The notes: a model not told the origin generated them from the letters alone. A DNA stretch of 64,000 bases from Geosiphon pyriformis uo1 (GCA_016748015.1 JAAOMT010000128.1:2549538-2613537), one strand, 5' to 3'. Counted from the stretch's first letter, positions 11,616 through 24,680 are shown. Numbers and translations are program-made.

Positions 11616-14600
11616 AATATATATAATTGATTATTATATTATGCATGTGATATATAGATTATGTGATAAAATATTAATCATTTTTTATAGTCCCATCTTT
11701 CTATAGTCATCACAAATATGCTGACCAAAAGGTGTGATTAAAAAAAATTTACTGTATATATAATTTATGTTATATAAGATTCTTTGAAATTCTGCAATTC
11801 CTTGAGAAAAATTCTGGAATTCTGTAATTTTTCAAAAAAAATCCTGTAATTCTCTTTTTTACTATGCTTATTTCTGATTGGTTATTTTATCTATTATTAT
11901 AATTTTTAATTTTTATAAATAATATTATTCCCTCTTTTTAATATTGAACTCTATCAAAATCTTCTAAATCTCTTAAATCTATACTAATATGTAAATAAAA
12001 TTTCAATCTGATGGCAGTTTTTCTAAGATATTTGAAATCAATCTTATATTAATATTATGTATCTATTTTGGCATAATATTTTTATTATTATTACTGAACT
12101 ATTTAAGTTTCTGCTTTTTTGAAAGATTTAATAATGCAATATATTGTTTGGGTTTGTAATTAGAGTTTGAATCATTATTGTTATTGTTACTATAGTAAAT
12201 AGTGTTAGAATTATTGTTGTTATCATCAAAATCTGAATTGTGATTGAATATCAATTCTAAAATACATTTACTAATTGGTTTTTTTTCTTTGAAAATTGAA
12301 TAGATTATGTATAATGGTAGATTGTAAATAAAATTACAATTATTACAATATTCAAAATTACTGGAAATTATGCAATGTTTACAAAATCTAATGTTTAATT
12401 ATTTAAATGCTGTTCTTGTTTTTCTTAAATAAATATTAGATCTTAGTAATAGAATAATTCTTTTTTCGGTTTCAATAAGTATAAAATGTGTCAACCATTA
12501 TTTGTTTCTTTTATAGAGGTGGTGGCTTGCAGTTCATCTTCTTTTTTTTCTTTTTTTTGTCATTTCAAAAGAGTATTAGTGGTAGCTTATTGTGATTGTT
12601 TTCAGTCCATGAGACTTGATAGGCTTTCTAAGTAGATTTTTTTTTCTTCTTTAAACTTGATTAGTGGTAATTAGATAATAGTATTTGTTTTAAAGTGGTT
12701 ACAAGTAGCTAGTACTTGAGTTTGTTAACTATCTTAACTAAGTTATAGCTTTTAAATATTCCAATTGAGTGTAACATTGGTTTTAAATAGCCAGTTGTTA
12801 TCAATAAGAGCTTGGTATTGCATAGTTTCTATTACCATAACTTTAATTAATGTAATAATACCATTTACTTTGAAGAAAAAGTTGTTAATTTTACCAATAA
12901 GAATCTTGGTCATTTTATTAGCTATAATAATTCTGATATTGGCAGCACAATCAATTCAATAACCTAATTTGTCCATAAGTTGTTATGTGATAATACTGTC
13001 TGCTAATTTACTATCAAAGATTAGCTTGATAAATTGGCTATTAACTTTAGCATTAGTAAACATAGTGATAATTGATTTGGTGTTAAAAATAACTTTATTA
13101 AATAGAAATGTTATTGCTAATTTTTTTAATTTAAAAAGAAAAATGGCTGCAAATAACTTGTCTTTGGTAACTGTTGCTGGTGTAATATTGTTGGTGAGTA
13201 GTATTAAGTTGGTTTTTAAGTTGTTAGATGAATTGTTTTCTGGAGTAATCAAAAGACTTAAATAGGTTTAAAAATTTAAGTTTTGAGTATACCTATTTTC
13301 CAAACTCCACTGGCATAATCTTGATGACTGGTTTAAAAAACTGGAAATTAATTAATATATAACTATTATTGATTGCTAGTCCTGTTGAATGTGTATAATT
13401 TCTCAGTTTTTAGTTTTTAGTTTTTAGTTGGTATTTGAGTTAAGTTTTGTGACAGTGTTTAAATTAGTTGGGATTAATAAATTATTTGTGGCTGTGATTA
13501 ATAGATTATTAGTACTAGAATTTGATAAATAGGAGATATATATATTGGTTATTGTATTATTAGTACATAATGAAATTGGTATAATTCTAATAATAAATTT
13601 TTGGCATAATTCTGGATTTAAAATCTGTAATCAAAGTTTTAATATTGATTTTTTGATTATTGATTATTAAATCTGAAGTGTTAATCTGCTTTTAAATGAT
13701 CTTGTTTACCATAATAATAATAATTACATATTTTTTATTGTTATAGTAGATTTCAAAATAATAATGGTATTGGATGTGACTAATTTTAAAAATAATTGAA
13801 GTTTTTTTGGCTGTCACAATATTGAAGAAGTTGATAAATAACTTAATTGTTAGCTAAGTATTTTTCTAATTTCTGGTTAATGGAGTCATTGAATTATTTT
13901 AGCTTAGAATTCAATTCAGATAATCTGTTTATCAATAAATTTACAGCTTAAATGTGATTGGCTTCAAGTTTGGCTGATTTAAAATCTCTAATATGTATAA
14001 TTACATTTTAAAAAGTATTTGAATATATTAGACATATTTATTGTAACAAGCTGCTGTGTAATCTACAAATAAATTGATTCAAAATTTGCAGTACTGTGAA
14101 ATAGTCAGTGTTGATTGCTTGGATTTGACACAAATTTTGTAGAAATGCAGTTTTAAATACATCAAAATCTTGGAATTTGTTTACAAAATTTTAATACTAT
14201 AAGTTGGTAGTGTTTTAGAGAAAGTATAAAATGACTTAAAGTGCTTTGTTATCATCCCATCTATTGGCTGTAATGGCTTTTTTTACATTATTTAATTATG
14301 CTTGGGCATTATTTTCTTTGTCTATAAATTTTTTTAATTTGACAATAGGTGTATATGTTATTGGTACAAGTTGTTATTATTGTAGTTGTTATTAAGATTG
14401 TTGTTATTGTGCAGCAATTGGTACAACTGGTGAATCAATTATAATAACAGAAAATAAGTTTTGTTAAAAAATAGAAACAAAGTTTGGTTTGTTTAGATTA
14501 AACTGGATTTGAACAATTAGAGTTTGTATTTTCAGATTATTTAAGATCAGATTTTAATTATTATTTCTCTAATTATTGTCTTTTTTTTTTCTGATTTAGT

Positions 14601-15803
14601 ATCTTCCCAATAATTGATAGATTCGAAATTTGGTTAAAGTAGTAGTGATCAAAGTTCTAATAGTATTGTTAGTTATGATTTAAATTCTTCAAAAAAATTA
14701 CTGTAAATTTCTAATAATTTGGTTTTTTCTTGTTTATTTTAAAATAATATTTTTGCTAATGATGTTTTCATTGTTAATATTAATGTGAATTCTGATAGTT
14801 GATGTTGATGTTGGTTTTTTGTTAAATTATATCTTATAAAAAGCACCAAATATTACAAATAATTAATTAAAATGTTAAAACAAATAACAAACTTGTAATT
14901 TGGTGCTTAATAGCTGATAATATTAGTAATTTCTAAAAATTTTAGAGTTTGAAAGTTTTGGTTGAGTTTTTTGTTTAATGAACAGAAATTCAATTGATAA
15001 TTTTTTCTGTAAATTTTTTTTTTCAGCATGATAGCCAATTTATTCTGGCAGTTATGCTCTTTTAATAAGCTATCCTTAAATTTTTACTCTTGTTCTTGGG
15101 TTTTTTACCAAACTATTTTTAACATCAAATACTCAGTGCTTAATATTTTTAATCAATTAGTAAACAACAAAGAAAGAAAATAAAAAAAAATAAAAAAAAT
15201 AAAAAAAGAAAAGAAAAAATTAGTATCTTATCAATAGCTGTGATCAAAAGTTATTGGTTCAGTGTGATTAAGTATTGAATTTTATCAACATAGAATGTTA
15301 ATAAGTAAAATAGATTAATATTTTTTTAATCAAGTAATAATAATATGAATTTAAGTAATAATAAATATTTTATTAATATGAAAATAATTCTACTTTAAGT
15401 TATAAAAAACTATTTTTTAAAGAAAAAAGTATTGTTTTTTTTAAACTCTAATGAATTCTATTTATTCTATTAAATTTTTTTGAAATTATTTTTTCTGTTT
15501 TTAATACTCTTATTATATATATATAATTTATGTTATATAAGATTCCTTAAAATATGGTAATTCTTTGAAAAAAATTCTGGAATTCTGGAATTCTGGAATT
15601 TTTTTTTAATTATGTCTATTTTTAATTGGCTATTTTATTTATTATTATAATTTCTAATTTCTATAAGTAACACTATTATACAAAAAATTCAACTAAAATT
15701 TTTAGATCATAAAAATCTTTAAAAATTAACAGAACTATTAACTATTAAGCACTAAATTACAAATTTGTTATTTATTTCAATACTTAAATAATCATCTGTA
15801 ATA

Positions 15804-16536
15804 ATATGTTTTATTTTTTATTCACCTAATTTTGGTTATTGTTTTTGGTTTGCTTTGATTATATTTGGCTTACAAAGTAATTTAGATGCTATTATTGTTA
15901 AAACTAGTACTTTAAAAAAATATTACATTTAATAGAAAACTCCTAAATATTAATATTGCTTTAAATATTAAGACTTAAACCATTTAACTGTTGATTATAA
16001 AGTGTTTTTATCTTTTTTTTCCAAAAATTCCAAAGCTTTTATGTTTTGTTTTATTAATATCAAGGCTTATATCAAGACTGTTATTCTTTTATCTTCTTTA
16101 GTTTTTAATTCTTTAGTTGGCTTTGCTTTTTTTACTAATATATTGGTTGATGTTTTTGGAGTTTTTTCTCAGTTGGTCTTTTTAAAATCTGATTTGACCA
16201 AGTTTTCTGCATTAGTCAAATTTATTATTAAGCCAATTAGATTTTTAATTGCTGTATTTGAACAATTAATTAATGATAATCTGGTTTTAAATAGTGTACT
16301 TGGTCTTAAAATCAATAAGATTTTGGTACATATGAGTACTTTTAGCAGAAAATAATTGTGTTAAAAACTGAGTATGACTATAAAAATATTAATATATTTA
16401 GTTTTTATGTGGATCTATTTGTTGTTAATAATGACATGTTTTTTAACTTGATATTATTATAAAAACATAAACCTATTAGTATCAAGTCTGATGTTTTAAA
16501 AACAGCCAAATGGCTGGTTGAATTGGTTAGTAATAG
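15804..16536 (+). mobile_element. Decayed repeat fragment (probably LINE ORF1-like) interrupted by family A copy 2; resumes at 24232-~24300
   Basis: Protein-like ORF 16002-16355 with the same hydrophobic decay pattern as the LINE ORF1 region. Flanks join across the ATAG TSD. Confidence 0.45.
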
Positions 16537-17259
16537 TGTTATGATTGAAACTTATACTTTTTATTAATTATCACATGTATTAGCCACTAATGTTATATAA
16601 ATTAGCCACTTTATTTTTAGAAAGTAATTATTGATCTGATTAATGACCTGACTATTGACCTGATTATTGACCTGATTATTGACCTAATCAATGAACTGAT
16701 TATTGATTTGATTATTGACCTGATCATTGACCACTTTTGATAACTATATAAGTAATGAATCTCTTAGCTATAGAAAAGTATATAAGAATAAAAGAAATAA
16801 AAGAAATAAAAATAACAACTTTCATCTTAATCATTCTCTTATTGCTAAATTCTCTTTCCTTACCTTTAAGTATCTAAACATCTTAGGATAAAAGATTACT
16901 TGTTGGTTATTTCCTACCTTTTTCCTAAAATGTATAATTGCAGCATTTGAAAATTATTGAATAAAATATAACTGAAGAGTACATTTGATACCTGATATTG
17001 AATTCTAAAAGTGCTGACATAAGGCATAGAATTATACCAGTATGTGATTATTTGTTGACAATATGGACTATCTCTCTATCTTCAGATTTTCTGGTTATCT
17101 TTAAAAAGTACAGTGACTGAGATATTTTATGAGACTTGCACATTGAATTCATACTTATTTAATTCACTTTTTGAAGTTGAATTCTCTTTGATTCTTTTTA
17201 TTACTCTACAATTCTGTTTTCCCTTGCTATTTGTTAACTTGTTACTCCAACTTATAACA
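16537..17259 (+). repeat. 5' LTR of family A copy 2 (contains 9 x 12-bp tandem)
   Basis: Direct repeat of 23584-24227. Confidence 0.93.
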
Positions 17260-17309
17260 TAAAAGTAGTGCTTCCTGTGAGGTTGTCAAAATCCATTTTG
17301 TTTTCTATT

Positions 17310-20300
17310 GTATAGGTAATTATTTATACTTGTCACAACAATCAGAAGAACACTTTGAAACACACAACAAAAACAATCTAGACTTTATTGAACTCAATCC
17401 TTTGTCCTCCTGCTTGATTTGTTTTTCCATTAAAAAACAATCCAGCAGACAATTTCAAGACTTTTAGAACTGGTTTCTAAACAAGCATTTAGCTGAAATC
17501 TACACAACTTATACAAACTATTACTTTGATTAAGCTTATTTTAAAGACAACTTTAAAGAAAGAAACAACAGTATTAATTAGCTCTTATATTCTACAACCT
17601 TTAAACAACAGCCCTCTGATTTTGAATATCTGAATTATCAAATCCACATTTGGATTGCTGCTCATCAATCAACTGAAACTCTTCTTAAAACAGAAGAAGA
17701 AAGCTATTAAACCACTTCTGTTTTTGATCTTTTTTCAAGTGAATTAAAACACTTCACACAAACAGTTACACCTGAACCAATGGCTTAAGACTCTTTACAA
17801 CAAACCATTCTGATTACTCTCCAAGGTATACAGACTGTTTTAGAGCGAAGAAACAACATCCCATTACCATTATTCAGAGGTAATGCCCAAGATCCAATTA
17901 AATAGCTGGATGATTTTGAAAGAGCTGCCACAGCAAATCAATATGATAATAAATACAAGTTCCAAATCGTTGGTGGCTACTTCCAAAGCTCTTTTACTAC
18001 TTGGTTCTTATAAAAAACCAATGCCAATGCTTAGCAAAGAATCATTAGATGGACACCAGCAAACGCTGGAGAAGATAACACCTCTTTCACTACTCAGTTT
18101 GAAACAAAATTTAGAACTCTTATCTTGATATCCAAATGGCACATAGAGTTGAAAAAAAAAACCCAAGGCCCAGGAGAAATAGTAACTAAATATGCTAAAG
18201 CCATTAGAAAACTAATTAAGTATGTAGACTCTGATAGAAATTAGACAGAAGAGCAAAAGATTTATTCCTTCACAAAAAAATTGAAAACTGACCTTTCATA
18301 TGCTCTTTGGTTTCTCCTGGCCCTAAAAAATAATCCCACAATAGATATGGCCATTGAACTTGCCCAGAGAATAGAAAACAACAAAAAAATGCACCTAGGA
18401 TCTACTCTTCCAGTTTTTGCTCCTGCTTCTGCCATGGTTCCAGCTTTACAAATGACTGCTACTTTTTTTGCCATTTACACTTAAGACTTCAATGAACAAT
18501 TAATAGACAGACTTATTGCTAATCTTGTTTGGCTATTAGAACCATTAGCCCAAGCAGTCAAAGACAACCAGTAATTCCAAAGAACCAGATTTGAACTCTG
18601 TTTCAATTAGCCCCAACAACCACCATATCAAAGACAACAAAATTGTAGTCCACCTGTGTACTATCACTGTAGACTAACTGGACACTTTTCCAGAGACTGT
18701 AACAATTTTCCATTGCCCCCTTCAGCTTCTAGAAATAATGACACCCAGAATAACAAACCCAACAATAATAATATTTCTAATCAAAAACCCAATCATGCCA
18801 ACATTAATTTCTTTGGAAAGGATTCCTTAGTTAAAGCTACTGTTTATTAGCCTTTAATTTAGTAGGCGTACTTCCAAAGGGTGAAAGTGCAAGCAAACCA
18901 GAAAAAAACTCCTTTTACATCTTTAACCTAACTGATAATAACCATGATATAAATGAACTGGCAATCAATATTTCTGACTTAACAAGAAAGAAAAAGAAAG
19001 CCAAGATTGATTTCATTTTAGATCTCAACAAAGTCTTAACTTCTACTACTGACAACAATGAGCCACTAAAGACTAAAGTTTTTAAAAATTCTCCAAAATT
19101 GGAACCTTTAGAAATAGTACAAAAATCTGGCCCCTATTTTGTTGTTAAAAATCTTATAAAAACTCCAGCACACATTATATTTGGCCAATTAATAACTCAT
19201 TCACAGTTCAGAAAAGATCATCACAAATCATTAATACCAAAGAAAAAAACACCAATAAGTGTTCTCATCAAGCTGGACTTGTTGACAACAGCAATGTTAC
19301 TCCTTTGATTTGTAAAGCCCAAGTGGCTGGCTACTTTATTGATTTGATTCTAAATAGTGAATTATCTGTTAGTGTAATTGCCAAACACTTTCTGGAAGCC
19401 ATTGAAAAAAAGATTGATGAACCTTCTACCTGGCCTATAATCAATATACATAATAACAAAAAGAAAAATCTAGGTATAGCCAAAGCTGTTCCTGTTAGCA
19501 TCAATAATATTAGCATTGAAACAGACATGAAAGTATTTGAAGCAAAAAAATATACTATTATTGTTAGTAATGAGTGGCTTAAGAAAGCCAAAGCACTACT
19601 TGATTATAAACTTTGCAAGCTAATCATCAGATGTGATAAGAAACCTATTGTGATTAAATGCCATCATTGGACAACTCTTCCAATAACCAAACAGAACCAA
19701 GAAGAAAAATAATCAGATGAATCAGATAATGATGAAAATGATAATGAAGAAGATCAAGAAAAATAAGAAGAAACTGCTAAACTTGCCTATACCATCTTTA
19801 CCAACAATGGCAAGCCACTGGACAATATTAAAGCTGACAAAAAAAGAATCATAGTAAATAACAAGCTGATCTGCTGGCCCTACTATGACATCTTCAGAAG
19901 AACTTTTGATAGAAAACCTGGCAAGAAAGCCAAATACAGCTATTGGTGGCATAGTTCTTGTGCCAGATGCTAGTGTAATAAACCTTTGTATTTTCCTAGT
20001 GATGAATGCAAGTCCTGCCTAATCTATTACAAAGATTGGGAGCCAATTAATTTGATACCTAGAAAAGAATTAAAAGAAGTACAAAAGTTTTTTGAGAGTA
20101 AACCACCTGAAATTCAATCTCTAGTTGTAGAACAAAGAGAACCTTCTCTTAAAGAAAGAAAAGTGGTCATTGAAAATCTGTTGGCTAGAAATAGCCCAGT
20201 TATTTCAAAAGAAGATGATACACCTGAACGAACTTATGTGATACAACATACCATCATCACAAAAAAAACTCATTCCATTTATTTAAAGCCTTATCAATCC

Positions 20301-21538
20301 AATTGACACAATGATGAGTTTATCAAAAAAGAGATAAACAGGATAAAAAATTTTGGATTCATACAAAAAACCAAGAGTGAATGGGCTTTCCCAGTTGTAG
20401 TGATATCCAAGAAAAGTGGAACTCTATGCTTCTGTGTTGACTATTGCCAATTAAATGCCATTACTATAAGAGACATGTACCCATTCTCCAAAATTAATGC
20501 AATACTAGATAAATTCAATGATGCTGCTTTCTTTTTAACTATTAACTTAACTACTGGATTCTGGCAAGTAGAGATAGATCCAAAAAGCAGAAAGAAAACT
20601 GCCTTTATTACCAAGTATGACATCTATGAATTCATAGTTATGCCTTTTGGTCTCACCAATGCTCCTTCTACCTTTCAACATCTAATGAATAAAGTGTTTG
20701 AAACAGTAAAAAAAACTTTGTTCTGGTTTACTTGGACGACATAATGGTATATTCAAAAACCTAGAATAAATATCTTGAACATTTACAGAAGGTTTTTGAC
20801 CTGCTTAAAAATACTGGCTTTAAGATCAATCCAATCAAATCTTTCTTTGGATGCCAATTCACCCAGTTCCTTGGTTATTTTATTACAAAAGATGGAATCT
20901 TTCCTGACCTAGCTAAAGTTGAAAAAGTTCAGAACATTAGACAACCAATGAATGTTTCTAAACTATACTCTTTCCTTGGTTTGGCCTCTTACTATTGCAA
21001 ATTTATTAAGAATTTCTCCAAAATTGCCTTTTCTTTCAATTAACTACTCAAAAAAAATGTCAATTATTACTGGAGCACTTATCAACAAAAAGCTTTTGAA
21101 ATTCTGAAGGAAAAACTTGTTACTGAAGCAATTCTCAAGCAACCTGATCTGGACCAATCTTTTATCCTTCACACTGATACATCTGGCTATGGACTTGGTG
21201 CTGTTTTTTTACAGAAAGATGAAAATGGCAGAGAATATGCCATAGCATATGCCAGTAGATCCCTCATACCAGCAGAAAAAAACTATTCAGTTACTGAACA
21301 AGAATGTCTAGCAGTAGTTTAGACTACTAGCTACTGGGATCAATATCTTCTTGGTGCAAAATTTTTAGTGATAACAAATCATCAAGCCTTGGTTTGGCTG
21401 CACAATAAAAAGAAACTGGAACACAAACAAATAACTTGCTAAATACTCTACTTGGATGAATTCGACTATGATATTCAATACTGCAAAAGAGCAAATTATC
21501 AAAATACTAATGCTCTTTCTAGACTTACCATCCAGTAA
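17310..21538 (+). pseudogene. gag and pol (PR-RT-RNase H) of family A copy 2, many stops
   Basis: Zinc knuckle YHCRLTGHFSRDC, LILNSELS, CVDYCQLN, MPFGLTNAPSTFQ, VYLDDI, TDTSGYGLGAV. Ends ...LSRLTIQ*. Confidence 0.9.
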
Positions 21539-21596
21539 TAGTACAACCTCTCAAACCAAACCAACTTAATTATTAGTAACTTCTTTACAAACAAAC

Positions 21597-22916
21597 ATAA
21601 TAATAAACTTGAACAACTACTCTGCCTTAATGAAATTTTTGGGTAAAGGACAATACTGACCAGAATACACTCAACAGCAAAGAGAACATTTGTGCAAACA
21701 ATTAAATTTCTATTTGATCTGCCAGAATCAATTATATAAAAAAAACAGAAAAAATCCTGACCACCCTCAAAAAGTCATCAGATTTGAAGAAAAAGAAATT
21801 ATAATATACAACATGTACATTAATTTATTAACTAAACACTTTAGAAAAACAAAGACAATTCAGAAAACTTTAGCTCACTATTATTGGCCTATCTTAGGAA
21901 AAAACATTGCTGAATATATCAAAATCTGTGACATCTGCCAAAGAAAAGGCAAACTCAATCACAAAGAAGATATCCATTCAATCTCTGTTGGTCAACCATT
22001 TGACAGAATTGGTATAGATGTTGTTAGATCTTTAACAATAACTTCTAATGGCAACAGATACATTATTACAGCTACCAATTATTTTACAAAGTGGGTAGAA
22101 ACAAGAACCACTCCAGACCAAACAGCAGTCTCAATAGCCAATTTCATTTATGAAGATATTATTTGCCATCATAACTGTCCCAAAGAACTTTTATCTGATA
22201 GAAAAAGAGCTTTTTTCAGTATACTGGTTGAAGAACTTTGTAGAAAAATGGGAATATGTCATAAATTTTCCTCTTTTTATCACCTCCAAACAAATGGTCT
22301 AGTGGAATGTTTTAATAAAACACTATGTGAAACCCTAGCCAAAACCAGTAAAGAAACAAACTTATGAGACAAAGTATTGCTTTTAGCTTTGTTTGTTTAT
22401 AAAACTGTAAATCATGACATAACAAATTATGAACTTTTTTATCTGCTCTATGAACACATGGCAATACTACCAATAGAAACTGACATTGAAATAATACCCT
22501 TTGAAAAAATCACAATAGGAAATTACAAAAACATTTTGCAAAAAAAACTTGATACTATTCTTAACTCCTTGGTAGAAGCATGAATAATTGCTTTTAAAAA
22601 AATAAAACAGTTTTAAAAAAAGCTTAAGAAAAAGAAAACCTATAAAATACTTTCTTTAAGTGTTACTGACTTGGTATTAAAATACCATTTTGACAGAGAT
22701 AATGTTTATGGTGATAAATTTTTTAGCCAATAAAAAGGATCTTTTATAGTCAACAAAGTTTTGAACAATGGTTTTTATATTCTTCAAGATCAATTTAAAA
22801 CAATCTTTAATGATCATTCTGTTCATGGTACATGACTCAAGAAATATCATAAACAACCTGATTGGCTGCCTGTTGTGGTAATATCGACTCAAATAATCAG
22901 CAAAAATCAAGTATAA
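21597..22916 (+). pseudogene. Integrase of family A copy 2 (separate ORF)
   Basis: HHCC finger, PFDRIGIDVV, NYFTKWVE, LLSDR, HLQTNGLVE, GPF-type C-terminus. Confidence 0.88.
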
Positions 22917-22957
22917 ATAAATGCATCATTTTTAAAACAGAGATATCTTCAATCAAC

Positions 22958-23524
22958 ATGAACAATTATTTTCTGGATCAAAACATTCAAAATGTCTTCT
23001 ATACTTTTCATGAGTATTGGATCAAAAACTATCCAAATGCTATTCTGACTATTGGAAAACAAACCACTATAACTGATAACAGTAGAACACATATTGTTAT
23101 TAGACCAAAAAAAACTACTACTAAAAGAGAAAAAATTGGTAATAAAATGAATAAATATCTGTTAAAAAGTATAACAGCAGCTATATTTCTATCTTCCAAC
23201 ACAATTGGAAAAACACTCCAAAAAATCTTATTCATAAACAAAAACTTATTATGTAAAAGACAATTAGAACTCTATAGTCATCTTGGTAAAATTATAGAAG
23301 ATATAAAACTCATGAAGAAAACAACTTTAGAGATACAGGCAGAAATTTTGGGCATTATATGGTTAGATATTCCAAGGGTTTTAACTATTGCTAAAAAAGC
23401 CAAAACTCTAATACAAAGATTTGGTCTCTTGGATACAAAACTCATTTCATTTCAAGTGTTATATATCTTATCTACAAAAGACTTCAACAAACTAGTTAGC
23501 TTTGAGTTAGATAAAACTCTTTAA
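22958..23524 (+). CDS. ORF3 of unknown function between integrase and the 3' LTR
   Basis: Stop-free ~188-codon ORF starting in aacATG context. Homologous to the minus-strand ORF at 29742-30398. Confidence 0.7.
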   Translation: MNNYFLDQNIQNVFYTFHEYWIKNYPNAILTIGKQTTITDNSRTHIVIRPKKTTTKREKIGNKMNKYLLKSITAAIFLSSNTIGKTLQKILFINKNLLCKRQLELYSHLGKIIEDIKLMKKTTLEIQAEILGIIWLDIPRVLTIAKKAKTLIQRFGLLDTKLISFQVLYILSTKDFNKLVSFELDKTL

Positions 23525-23583
23525 ATAGATTACACCATAAATAGCTTGATTTTGCTGGAATTCAATCTCTTTGAAGAAGATGA

Positions 23584-24227
23584 TGTTATGATTAAAACTT
23601 ATACTTCTTATTAATTATCACATGTATTAGCCACTGATGTCATATAAATTAGCCACTCTATTTTTAGAAAGTGATCATTGACCTGATCATTGACCACTTT
23701 TGATAGTTATATAAGCAATGAATTTTTTAGCTATAGAAAAGTATGTAAGAATAAAAGAAATAAAAGAAATAAAAATAACAACTTTTATCTCAATTATTCT
23801 TTTATTGCTAAATTCCCTTTTTCTACCTTTAAGTATCTAAACATCTTGAGATAAAAGATCACTTGTTGGTTATTTTTTATCTTTTTCCTGAAATATGTAA
23901 TTGCAGCATTTGAAGATTATTGAATAAAACGTGACTGAAAAGTACATTTGATACCTGATATTGAATTCTAAGAGCGCCAATATAAGACATAAAATTATAC
24001 CAGTGTGTGATTATTTGTTGACAATACGAACTATTCCTCTACTTTCAGATTCCCCAGTTATCTTTAGAAAGTACAATGACTGAGATATTTTATAAGACTG
24101 ATCTCGCACATTGAATCCATACTTATTCAATTTGCTTTTTGAAGTTGAATTCTCTTTGATTCTTTTTATCACCCTACAATTCTGTTCTCTCTTGCTATCC
24201 ATTAGCTTGTTACTCCAACCCGTAACA
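23584..24227 (+). repeat. 3' LTR of family A copy 2
   Basis: Direct repeat of 16537-17259, followed by TSD ATAG. Confidence 0.93.
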
Positions 24228-24489
24228 ATAGTGTTATATTGTTTAAGATTTTTTAGAGAATATCATCTTTGGATAAGTTTTCTTTTGAAGTATTAATATA
24301 GTATAGCCTAAATTGGTTTAAGTAGCTGGTTATATGTAGAAAATGCGTGAACTACATTTAGCATTGGAACACTTAGTTTGTTTCTAACTCCTAAATAGTG
24401 GTTGGGCCATACTCGTTTAAACATAATAATAAAAAATAAAATAAAAAATAAATTTTGTAATTTTTTAATCCAAAGATGGGGTATAACTT

Positions 24490-24680
24490 TTTCACGTGAT
24501 AAATCGAGGCGCGTCACTGGAAAAGTTTTTAAAAACCCCAAAAATTTTCCACTTTCGTTTCTTTCCCAGTTGTCAAAAAGACGTACTGGGCACCAAATTT
24601 TTTTTAATAAGATTATTGGGCATTCCAAAAAACAAAAGGAATTTTTTGTTTGTCAATTTCTTAAGTTTTTAAACGCGTAA
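24490..24680 (+). promoter_or_regulatory. CpG-retaining promoter region of CTP synthase with CACGTG (24493-24498) and ACGCGT (24673-24678)
   Basis: Motifs seen directly; function inferred from similarity to E-box and MCB elements. Confidence 0.35.

Larger units (their letters stand above)
7506..11754 (+). mobile_element. pogo/Tigger-type (Tc1-mariner superfamily) DNA transposon with internal cargo
   Basis: TA|CAGTGAACTCTCTTTATAGTC ... GATTAAAAAAAATTTACTG|TA: degenerate TIRs and a TA target duplication. Removing it restores the LTR sequence seen intact at 15500-15545. Multiple TTATAGTC subterminal repeats. Confidence 0.88.
7131..15672 (-). mobile_element. LTR element B, decayed and apparently non-autonomous (gag + protease + Cys-rich region, no RT/IN)
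   Basis: Direct repeats 7131-7505+11755-11924 and ~15130-15672. PPT-like tract at 11925-11940 and PBS-like site ~15118-15129. Protease relic LIFDSKLADSIIT at ~12985-13030. Confidence 0.75.
16537..24227 (+). mobile_element. Full-length Ty3/Gypsy family A copy 2 (LTR-gag-PR-RT-RH / IN / ORF3-LTR), decayed
   Basis: LTRs 16537-17259 and 23584-24227 (TGTTA...TAACA). 4-bp TSD ATAG at 16533-16536 and 24228-24231. PBS after the 5' LTR and a purine tract before the 3' LTR. All domains in Gypsy order. Confidence 0.95.

Noticed and set aside
24228-24237. Target flank after the TSD reads TGTTAT like the LTR start in A copy 2 and D (45252-45261), suggesting att-like targeting
   Set aside because: Absent at C and both solo LTRs. 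It can arise by C>T decay in AT-rich sequence, and there are too few sites.
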